Shown piece after piece: positions 13,880 to 20,000 of a stretch of 20,000 nucleotides of DNA. Made by a program: the position numbers and the translations under genes. The notes under the pieces are model-generated. The model worked only from the letters and a program-made list of their open reading frames with translations, was not told where the DNA came from and did no database searches. The stretch is from an uncultured virus (IMG/VR IMGVR_UViG_3300038423_000132) (taxonomy: Duplodnaviria; Heunggongvirae; Uroviricota; Caudoviricetes): the IMG/VR virus record IMGVR_UViG_3300038423_000132. One strand, written 5' to 3'. Position 1 is the first letter of the stretch, and every line of letters begins with the position of its first letter.

Positions 13880-15533
13880 TCCAAAGATAGAACTCCAGCC
13901 TAAACAGGGAGAGGTCTTCGATCTTGTCGAGGGCAATGAATCCACCTGGATTGGTGCTGGCGGAGGACGCGGGGGCGCTAAAAGCCGTTGCATCCAGTCT
14001 GTGATGCTCGCACGGCGGCTCCAGTTTCCGGCCACCATCGGCGCAATCGTAATGCGCAACTCCGACCAGGTGCGCAAGTACCACGAGGAGCGGATGCTAG
14101 CGGCGTGGCCGCAGCTTGAGCGGTGCTACGTCAGCACTAAACGCAAGATCGTTCTTCCCTTCCGCGAAGGTCTTCCCTCTGAGATTCACTTTCTCTACGC
14201 TGAAACCCTAAAGGATGTGATCCGTGTCTTTCGCTCCGCCAATTACTTCGATATTGGCATCGACCAGGCCGAGCAATTTGCCGAAGAAGAGCTCAGAGAG
14301 ATAAAGCAGGCCGCTCGGTGGCCAGACGTGCCAGAAGGAACATGCAAGTTGATCGTCGGTTTCAATATGGGCGGCGTGAGCATCGGCTTTTTCCGTAAGG
14401 TCTTTCACGACTTAGAATACCTCCCTAACGAAAATCCCAAACGGTACGCCTTCGTTCACTTCCGGCCCTTTGACAATTCACAATGGAGCCTTCCTGCGCT
14501 TCGGGCTGACGGGCTTACAGAGGAAGATTACTACTCGTGGCCAGAGACAAAGCGTCGTGAATACTGTGGGACACGTTCGGACTACGGCAAGGAGCTTCTC
14601 AGCCAGGACCCTGCGCTGGTGCAGCGCGACTTCGACGGCTCATGGGATTCCCTCGAAGGTGCTTTCTTCACGCGCTCGTGGGACCGCAATGCGAGCGTGC
14701 GTGCTCCAGAGGAAATCGATAGCATCATCAAACCATGGTGGGAGCGGTGGCTATCACAGGACTGGGCGCGCGGACACTACTGCGTCACCTATTGGCACGC
14801 GATGGGCGAGATGTCTCCAGAGGAGATCAAGAAGCATCTGGGGTGGGATGTGCGCTTCGCGCTGAAGGTGATCGTCACCTACAGGGAGTACGTGGCCGGC
14901 GGCGAGGCGGCGCCGGACTCCGGAGGCAACCGGGAGTTGGACGAAGAGGACATCGCTCGACAGATAGTCGAACGTACCCCATCGAGCGAACGCGCCAACC
15001 TCTCAGACTTCTTTCTGTCACCGGATGCCTTCGGTAAAAAGTCAAGCAAAAACACGATCGCTCAGACCGAGGGCGAAATCCTCATGGCGAGCGACATGCC
15101 ATATCCCCGGCACGCCGATGACGAGCGCATTACCGGCTGGAGCCTGATGTCGAAGCTCATGTTGGCTACCAAACGCAAGGGCTCGCGGGGAGAGGAGGTT
15201 TGGCTGATGTCGGTTAACTGCGTTGAGTTGGTATCTGCTATTCCACTCCAGATGCGTGACCCGAAGAAGCTGGAGGATGTTCTAAAAACGGATTTGAGCA
15301 CGGCGAAGATCGATCAGGATTGTATGGACGCAGCACGCTACGGACTGAAGAGTAAGCTCCAGCCGGGACAAAAGCCCAAGGAAGTTGAGGCCGAGGAGAA
15401 ACTGCGGGTACTGCAGGAGAGCGGTCTCGATGAGCACAGCCTCGGGATTTACAGGATCAGATATTCTCAAGAGGCCCGGGAGCCGGAAGAGCCTGCGCGG
15501 ATGGGTCGCGGCCGGGCAACACGGCGTATTTAG
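13851..15533 (+). CDS. terL: Terminase large subunit
   Basis: Adenine-binding 'LQPKQ', Walker A 'GGGRGGAKS', Walker B-like 'IGIDQAEQF', coupling-like 'FNMGG', 'DNSQW', 'RDFDGSWD', RNase H-type nuclease 'SQDWARGH', 'RITGW' and 'DCMDAARYG'. Confidence 0.92.
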   Translation: MATLAIPLFNPKIELQPKQGEVFDLVEGNESTWIGAGGGRGGAKSRCIQSVMLARRLQFPATIGAIVMRNSDQVRKYHEERMLAAWPQLERCYVSTKRKIVLPFREGLPSEIHFLYAETLKDVIRVFRSANYFDIGIDQAEQFAEEELREIKQAARWPDVPEGTCKLIVGFNMGGVSIGFFRKVFHDLEYLPNENPKRYAFVHFRPFDNSQWSLPALRADGLTEEDYYSWPETKRREYCGTRSDYGKELLSQDPALVQRDFDGSWDSLEGAFFTRSWDRNASVRAPEEIDSIIKPWWERWLSQDWARGHYCVTYWHAMGEMSPEEIKKHLGWDVRFALKVIVTYREYVAGGEAAPDSGGNRELDEEDIARQIVERTPSSERANLSDFFLSPDAFGKKSSKNTIAQTEGEILMASDMPYPRHADDERITGWSLMSKLMLATKRKGSRGEEVWLMSVNCVELVSAIPLQMRDPKKLEDVLKTDLSTAKIDQDCMDAARYGLKSKLQPGQKPKEVEAEEKLRVLQESGLDEHSLGIYRIRYSQEAREPEEPARMGRGRATRRI

Positions 15534-15861
15534 AACTCCGCTCCATCCGCTCACCCATAAAATGCCCGCTGATTAAGTGACATTTCCAGCAAGACCATAC
15601 CGTATTCTCCTCGGTGAACTCCCCGCCGGCGCCCTTGCTCTTGATGTGCGCTAGGTGTCCTATCACAAACAGATCTCCGCCCCACGGTAAGATCCTGTCG
15701 CCGCTACACTCTGGGTGCTTCCTGACCTCGCAGCGGCCTTGCGCCCGCTCGTATACTGCCAGCCTGACGGCCATCTTCTCTTGGGCTGTCGGCTGCCCGC
15801 GGCGTGTGCCGGGCCTACGCTTGCGTGGCGGGGCGTAGCGTTTGATCGGGCTTCGTCTCAT
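15457..15861 (-). CDS. HNH endonuclease-family protein
   Basis: Basic N-terminus, 'VYERAQGRCE...C', 'HLAHIKSKGAGGEFTEENTVWSCWKCH'. Likely start ATG 15861 after GGAAGGA. Confidence 0.75.
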   Translation of the reverse strand: MRRSPIKRYAPPRKRRPGTRRGQPTAQEKMAVRLAVYERAQGRCEVRKHPECSGDRILPWGGDLFVIGHLAHIKSKGAGGEFTEENTVWSCWKCHLISGHFMGERMERSSKYAVLPGRDPSAQALPAPGPLENI

Positions 15862-15901
15862 TGTCCTTCCCTGACGCGCTCTTCGGGGCGCGGTTTCGTG
15901 T

Positions 15902-16201
15902 CTAATCTTCCATCCCACAGCCCTGCCCGAGTGGCAAGCACTTTCGTATCTGCTCGATCAACATCTTGGTAACGGAGCCATCCCTGTCTTCCGCAATCCA
16001 TTCGGGACGGATGTAGTGCAGGGGACGCTTCAGCAAACCGCAAGAAGTCTCACCGGAGTGGTCCACTTCAAGAGCACGACAGATTTCATCTTCCGGCGAA
16101 TTCATCAACGCCACGCTTGCGTCACAGGGACCGCGACGGCAACATTCCCCGCATCGATTACAGGAAGCGCGGAAGGGCGGCTTCTGAATGATTGCGAACA
16201 T
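15902..16201 (-). CDS. Cysteine-cluster (YkgJ/CxxCxxCC-like) protein
   Basis: 'CNRCGECCRRGPC...CRAL...CGL...GQGCG'. GGTGAGG RBS before ATG 16201. Confidence 0.7.
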   Translation of the reverse strand: MFAIIQKPPFRASCNRCGECCRRGPCDASVALMNSPEDEICRALEVDHSGETSCGLLKRPLHYIRPEWIAEDRDGSVTKMLIEQIRKCLPLGQGCGMED

Positions 16202-16205
16202 CGCC

Positions 16206-16703
16206 TCACCCGCGCCCCGGCTTGCCGTCGGCGGGCGCATTGGCGCGGGCGGCGAGCTTGCGATTGATATGCTCTATAAGCAATTTATCGGCATGTCGCG
16301 TCTGTTGATATGGTTCAAAGGTTTCCAGCGTAAACGGCGCACTCAGCCGCTCGATGGTCTGCTCCGCCACGCGCAGCTTCGCTTCCAGATCCCAGATGCG
16401 CATAGCCGCTTCTTTGCGTTTAACGTAAGGGCCGAAATGTCCCTGCGCTTCTTTGATCTGGCCCGCGATGAGATCATAACTTCGCAAATCCTCGGGTATC
16501 TTCGGCTCGCTCATCGTGCCCACCTGATCTCTGCGATCACGTCGCGGGCCTTGCAGTACGCGCAGCTTCGCTTCCAAGGCGGCGTAATCTTCATACATAC
16601 AATACGGGCCATCCTTCTGCTCATATAAGACGGCGATTGGATTCTCGCCTGCGCTGAATGAATTCTCAATTTTCTTGTTGTATCGTTTTATGTTCATCGT
16701 CAT
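16206..16703 (-). CDS. Hypothetical phage protein with two 'GPY...LEAKLRV' modules (possibly two fused genes)
   Basis: ATGA coupling at 16703. Internal RBS-like AGGTGG plus ATG at 16514. Duplicated motif. Confidence 0.55.
   Translation of the reverse strand: MTMNIKRYNKKIENSFSAGENPIAVLYEQKDGPYCMYEDYAALEAKLRVLQGPRRDRRDQVGTMSEPKIPEDLRSYDLIAGQIKEAQGHFGPYVKRKEAAMRIWDLEAKLRVAEQTIERLSAPFTLETFEPYQQTRHADKLLIEHINRKLAARANAPADGKPGRG
16369..16576. repeat. 19-bp exact direct repeat ACGCGCAGCTTCGCTTCCA (16369-16387 and 16558-16576)
   Basis: Read directly from the sequence; lies within LEAKLRV codons on the minus strand. Confidence 0.85.
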
Positions 16704-16891
16704 GGATTTGGCTCCGTTCTCCCCGTTTCGCAGCCGCATTGTCGGCAGAAAGCCGTCTCGGGGCGTGGCTTACCATACGGGACATTGATTGTGTAGTGCT
16801 TACCGCAGTTAGCGCAGCGAACCGGAACGGTATAGAACTTCTCTTCGGGCTGTGCTTGTTCAAAAGGGCCACCCAATGTATGTATGCTCAT
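16700..16891 (-). CDS. Zn-ribbon protein, 63 aa
   Basis: CANC...CRQC motif; ATGA overlaps at both ends. Confidence 0.7.
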   Translation of the reverse strand: MSIHTLGGPFEQAQPEEKFYTVPVRCANCGKHYTINVPYGKPRPETAFCRQCGCETGRTEPNP

Positions 16892-17223
16892 ACTATCCTC
16901 TTCCAGCCGCGCCTAAGCTCGGACAGTCGCTCTTGCTCATGAACCTGTATCTCTGCCGCGATCACCACATCCTTATTGATCGCCAGTTGCAGCCATGCTA
17001 TTGCCATCTCTGCGCGTTCGATCTCCTTCTTGCGGGCCTCGGTGAACTCGCGGGCGGAGTGCCATGCGGCAGGAGCATCCAAACGATGTGATCGTTCAAA
17101 TTTGGCGTTGATGTTTCCGCTGAGAATCCAGTGGCCGCCATTCGGCCGCTTTACAAGCACACGATTACCGTCATAGTGAACGTCAACCCACTGCTCCCGC
17201 ACGTACTTCTCGTCTTCGTTCAT
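16888..17223 (-). CDS. Hypothetical phage protein (MNEDEKYVREQW...)
   Basis: GGAGGG RBS, ATGA overlap at 17223-17220, C-terminal coiled coil. Confidence 0.65.
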   Translation of the reverse strand: MNEDEKYVREQWVDVHYDGNRVLVKRPNGGHWILSGNINAKFERSHRLDAPAAWHSAREFTEARKKEIERAEMAIAWLQLAINKDVVIAAEIQVHEQERLSELRRGWKRIV

Positions 17224-17408
17224 CTGCATACCCTCCAGGCTGCCCAGACCGCCCACCACGCGGCGCCGATCAGCAGCGCGGCTCCAATCTCCAGCCCGAG
17301 CGCCCACGCGACGCCCCTGAAGAAACTCAGGAACTCGCGCAGGGCATGTCGCATCATCTCATCCGGCGTGGGCACGTGCTGCCAGTAGACCACAGTGTGT
17401 GTGTTCAT
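17220..17408 (-). CDS. Small membrane protein, 62 aa
   Basis: ATGA overlaps at both ends; hydrophobic 'FFRGVAWALGLEIGAALLIGAAWWAVWAAW'. Confidence 0.65.
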   Translation of the reverse strand: MNTHTVVYWQHVPTPDEMMRHALREFLSFFRGVAWALGLEIGAALLIGAAWWAVWAAWRVCR

Positions 17409-17776
17409 GCGGCGAGTCCTTTCCACTCCATCCAGCGGCTCTGCAACTCGGCTTTCGCTTCGGGGGTTCGCAGGCGGTCAAAGCATGTGGCAGACATCCG
17501 GGGGAAAATATTCTCTTGCATGTCTTCCCAGAGCATGCCCCCGAGCACTTCCCCGTCGCATGAAAACGCTTTGCGGATCTCAGAACAAAGTAGACAGGTA
17601 TTGATTCTCCAGAATTCGCCGTCGCTCTTGCCGCTCGCACTGTGATATTTCGCACCCACGGAGATCGCGGCGCCGCATTCGGAGCATCTATGGGGCTTGC
17701 GGGCGATTCGAATCGATTCATCGAAGAACTCGCAGAATTCTTCAGGGCCTATCAAACATACATTGCAGTCGCTCAT
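17405..17776 (-). CDS. Zn-finger phage protein (ARKPHRCSEC...TCLLC)
   Basis: Several CxxC pairs; common phage 'RKxHxCxECxxxIxxGxxY...TCxxC' pattern; coupled overlaps. Confidence 0.75.
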   Translation of the reverse strand: MSDCNVCLIGPEEFCEFFDESIRIARKPHRCSECGAAISVGAKYHSASGKSDGEFWRINTCLLCSEIRKAFSCDGEVLGGMLWEDMQENIFPRMSATCFDRLRTPEAKAELQSRWMEWKGLAA

Positions 17777-18195
17777 GGCTTCCCCGCCTCCTCTAGTAGT
17801 GAGTCCGGTACATCGAAGAATCCCAGTGCGCCTTTAACTGGGATCGGTTCAAGAAATGCGACAGGATCGCGCAAGAGAAACCCATACTTGCCGTAGAACC
17901 ACGGTGATTGGGATTGCGTAACGCATCCCACAATTTCAACTGACCCGACAATGCAACCCGCTGACCGCGAGAATACCTCGCGTGGGTTGTCGTCAGCTAG
18001 TAGATCGTCCATCCCGGCGCGCACAATCCCGTCGATGCAGTTAATGTCCTCACGCACATCGCGCTCAACATACCAAGTGGATGCATGGAGCAGTATGCGG
18101 CCCCGAAGTCGGGTAGGCCATTCTCGGTTTTCGATGTCCTTGCCGAGATGCAGGATGGCCCACCACCACGGCGCTCTAACGCTCAATGCTTTCAC
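17773..18195 (-). CDS. ASCH (PUA-like) domain protein
   Basis: 'MKALSVRAPWWWAI..GKDIENREWPTRLRGRILLHAS...G.IVGSVEIV.C...SPWF.G.YGFLL.DP...PIPVKGALGFF' is the ASCH signature. Confidence 0.9.
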   Translation of the reverse strand: MKALSVRAPWWWAILHLGKDIENREWPTRLRGRILLHASTWYVERDVREDINCIDGIVRAGMDDLLADDNPREVFSRSAGCIVGSVEIVGCVTQSQSPWFYGKYGFLLRDPVAFLEPIPVKGALGFFDVPDSLLEEAGKP

Positions 18196-18518
18196 TTCCC
18201 CGCCCCCTCTCCGCGCGGCGCGGCGGCTCGCTGTAGCCGGTCAATCTCCGCTGCGATTAGCGCACCCGCTTTGACGAGATTTCGGATCGGACTCGTAGAC
18301 GGCTTCCAGTCGCCAATCTCCCACGGCCAGCCCGGAGCCAAGGCAATTCTCCTGTCGTCCATCGACGTGCCTCTTTCCCGCAGGACGGCGGCAAGCAAGT
18401 AGCCCTTGGCAGCATCGGCCATCTGCCCGGCTGCGTGCTTATCATCGTGCTCTGCCGTCCAGCCCTCGACATCGATCTGCCGCTGGCGTTCCTGCGCAAT
18501 CAACTCTGCTCCGTTCAT
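18192..18518 (-). CDS. Conserved helical phage protein (ERxRQ..EGWT.EHDD.H...WPW...WKP...LVKAGALIAAEIDR), function unknown
   Basis: Motif set typical of a widespread phage hypothetical family; GAGGAG RBS; coupled overlaps. Confidence 0.8.
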   Translation of the reverse strand: MNGAELIAQERQRQIDVEGWTAEHDDKHAAGQMADAAKGYLLAAVLRERGTSMDDRRIALAPGWPWEIGDWKPSTSPIRNLVKAGALIAAEIDRLQRAAAPRGEGAGK

Positions 18519-18712
18519 CGTCCTATCTCCTCGCTCAACCGCGCCAGTTCCGCGCAGTCAGCCCTGTTCGCCAACATGTCGTCATCGATTCGGCGCAGCA
18601 CCTTCTCGCGGGTCGCTCACGTTTCCGCCTGTGCGCCCTCGGTGCATCTGACGGCCAGATTGCACGCGCGGGCCAGCCGGCCGATGCGGGTCACTTCGGG
18701 TTCAATGTCCAT
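18515..18712 (-). pseudogene. 66-codon reading frame interrupted by one in-frame TGA (18619-18617)
   Basis: AGGAG RBS before ATG 18712. Translates MDIEPEVTRIGRLARACNLAVRCTEGAQAET*ATREKVLRRIDDDMLANRADCAELARLSEEIGR*. Its final TGA forms an ATGA overlap with the next gene. Confidence 0.5.
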
Positions 18713-18902
18713 CGTGTTTCTCCTGTCCCTGCGCTAGCTTCGCTTCTAGCGCAGCATGTCGGCGGTAAATGTCGGCTTGGGTATGCCAGAAACCTATCTC
18801 CACTATGTCCTCGGGATGTGCGCGGGCCGCTCCCTGTTCGCACTCTTTCGCAAGCCGCTCTAGGCGCTTCGACTCTGACTCCGACTGCCCCGGCATGGTC
18901 AC
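18702..18902 (-). CDS. Hypothetical protein, ~65 aa
   Basis: GGAGGA RBS; GTGA overlap (alternative start ATG 18896); ends with AALEAKL as in the 16206-16703 modules. Confidence 0.6.
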   Translation of the reverse strand: MTMPGQSESESKRLERLAKECEQGAARAHPEDIVEIGFWHTQADIYRRHAALEAKLAQGQEKHDGH

Positions 18903-19228
18903 TCCTCCAATCCATTGAGCGCCGCACAGATCGCCGCTTGCGCTCTACGCACATCATCATCTCCATCCGATCCCCACATTGTGCGACGAGAGTAATCCGC
19001 CAGAGCGAGTCTCGCGGTATCCAAAAACCCGGCCAGGCCGACGATCTGCGTTCTGTGATCCACGTATGTCACGAAGGGTCCATCTTCTTGTTCAACGCAC
19101 GCGGCGCTGCACTGCCCTTGCGTTGTGCGTGCGTGACGCGGCTCAAATCGGCGTATCCTTGCTTCAGCCATCGTTCCTCCTCCTGCCCCGCAATCTATCG
19201 CGGCGATCTTCTTATCCCGTTCGGTCAT
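18899..19228 (-). CDS. Hypothetical phage protein with 'EQEDGPFVTYVDH' module
   Basis: GGAGGT RBS before ATG 19228; motif resembles EQKDGPYCMYEDY in 16206-16703. Confidence 0.6.
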   Translation of the reverse strand: MTERDKKIAAIDCGAGGGTMAEARIRRFEPRHARTTQGQCSAACVEQEDGPFVTYVDHRTQIVGLAGFLDTARLALADYSRRTMWGSDGDDDVRRAQAAICAALNGLEE

Positions 19229-19242
19229 GGGTCAACCTCCGC

Positions 19243-19428
19243 TCACAAATGTATGGGCGTGTCGGATTTTATTCCTCCGTTGTTCCAGCGCGCCGCCCAT
19301 GCTTCCGGCGTGTAGTCCTCCGGATGAGGACCCCAAGTTGACCACAGCCTACGCTCCAGTGCAGTCATCGGAGGTTTTCTCCACGCGGTCAACCGCTCAA
19401 CGAATTGACGGACGCGGCTGCGCTTCAT
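19243..19428 (-). CDS. Hypothetical protein, 61 aa
   Basis: ATGA overlap with the HNH-AP2 stop; fills the gap in the coupled array. Confidence 0.55.
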   Translation of the reverse strand: MKRSRVRQFVERLTAWRKPPMTALERRLWSTWGPHPEDYTPEAWAARWNNGGIKSDTPIHL

Positions 19429-19937
19429 GCCAGCCTCGCAAACTCACCGTGGTACTTCAGCGCAGCGGGTACCCAGAGCTCCGTGTGCGCCGCCTGCGCT
19501 GTATCCCGATATCCAAGGCGCAAATAGCCGATGTCTGTCTTGATCTGGGCGCGATACTTACCATTCTTTGTTCGGTATACGCCCTTGAATCCCGTGGTGT
19601 TGTTTTTCATTTTCCGCTTGTTTCTTTGTTGTTCGGAATCGTCGGCCATCCTTAGATTTGATCTGCGGTTGTCGAGAGTTTTCAGTGGGTCTCTGTGATC
19701 GCCTTCTGACTTGTCTCCGTAACCGAGTCCGAGAATCAGTCGGTGCATGTATATGCGATACCTCTTCCCGTTTACCGTCTTGGTGTTTGTGACTGCATAG
19801 AAAATCATCGTCCCGGGCCGTCGATGAGCGCGCCATTTGTAGCACGAAAGCCACTCGTAGTCGGCCGCGTCCGCGATCGTAACTTGCCCCTGCGTCAACG
19901 GGATTTCGCGGTATGATGTTTCTGGTGGGGTTGTCAT
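19425..19937 (-). CDS. HNH-AP2 domain (homing) endonuclease
   Basis: 'IPLTQGQVTIADAADYEWL..YKW', 'YMHRLILG', 'GDHRDPLKTLDNRRSNLR', 'NNTTGFKGVY...KYRAQI...LGYRDTAQAAH...AALKYHGEFA'. GGAGG RBS fits ATG 19937 (alternative start 19946). Confidence 0.92.
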   Translation of the reverse strand: MTTPPETSYREIPLTQGQVTIADAADYEWLSCYKWRAHRRPGTMIFYAVTNTKTVNGKRYRIYMHRLILGLGYGDKSEGDHRDPLKTLDNRRSNLRMADDSEQQRNKRKMKNNTTGFKGVYRTKNGKYRAQIKTDIGYLRLGYRDTAQAAHTELWVPAALKYHGEFARLA

Positions 19938-20000
19938 CGGACTCATCCTCCGGTTGGCTGAAGTAGCGCCGGGCGTTCGTTGCGCTCGACAGCCCCATAT

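Larger units (their letters stand above)
1..20000. mobile_element. Tailed phage/prophage (podovirus-like morphogenesis module)
   Basis: TerS/TerL, tail and ejection-type genes and coupled accessory genes; no host housekeeping genes. No attachment site or integrase is visible in this window. Confidence 0.9.

Noticed and set aside
15858..16043. 61-aa minus-strand ORF whose stop overlaps the HNH start
   Set aside because: It lies mostly within the better-supported Cys-cluster gene and has no convincing start.
17220..17408. Holin call for the small membrane protein
   Set aside because: No adjacent endolysin or spanin, and it lies in the accessory block on the opposite strand.
19943..20000. Possible C-terminal fragment of an upstream minus-strand gene (...YGAVERNERPALLQPTGG*)
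   Set aside because: Only 58 nt are visible, too little to support a call.

Overview
GC-rich tailed-phage or prophage segment with two convergent gene blocks. The + strand block (67-15533) is the distal part of a podovirus-like virion operon. It encodes a small structural protein, a 1152-aa tail/DNA-stabilisation-type protein with repeated beta modules, a tail-associated protein, a His/CxxC protein, a GNAT-like protein, two small ejection (DNA-transfer)-type proteins, a 1971-aa polyvalent ejection-type protein, and the small and large terminase subunits. The - strand block (15457-20000) is a run of mostly translationally coupled small accessory genes: HNH, Cys-cluster/Zn-ribbon proteins, a membrane protein, ASCH, a conserved helical phage protein and an HNH-AP2 endonuclease. 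The most notable element is the giant protein. Between its low-complexity linkers it carries a divergent RelA/SpoT-type nucleotidyltransferase domain, an apparently circularly permuted HAD phosphatase domain and an Acb1/T4 gp57B-like 2H phosphoesterase, which together suggest an injected anti-nucleotide-signalling payload. It also hides a 57-aa gene nested in the +1 frame with its own RBS. All family calls come from reading motifs by eye; no searches were run.
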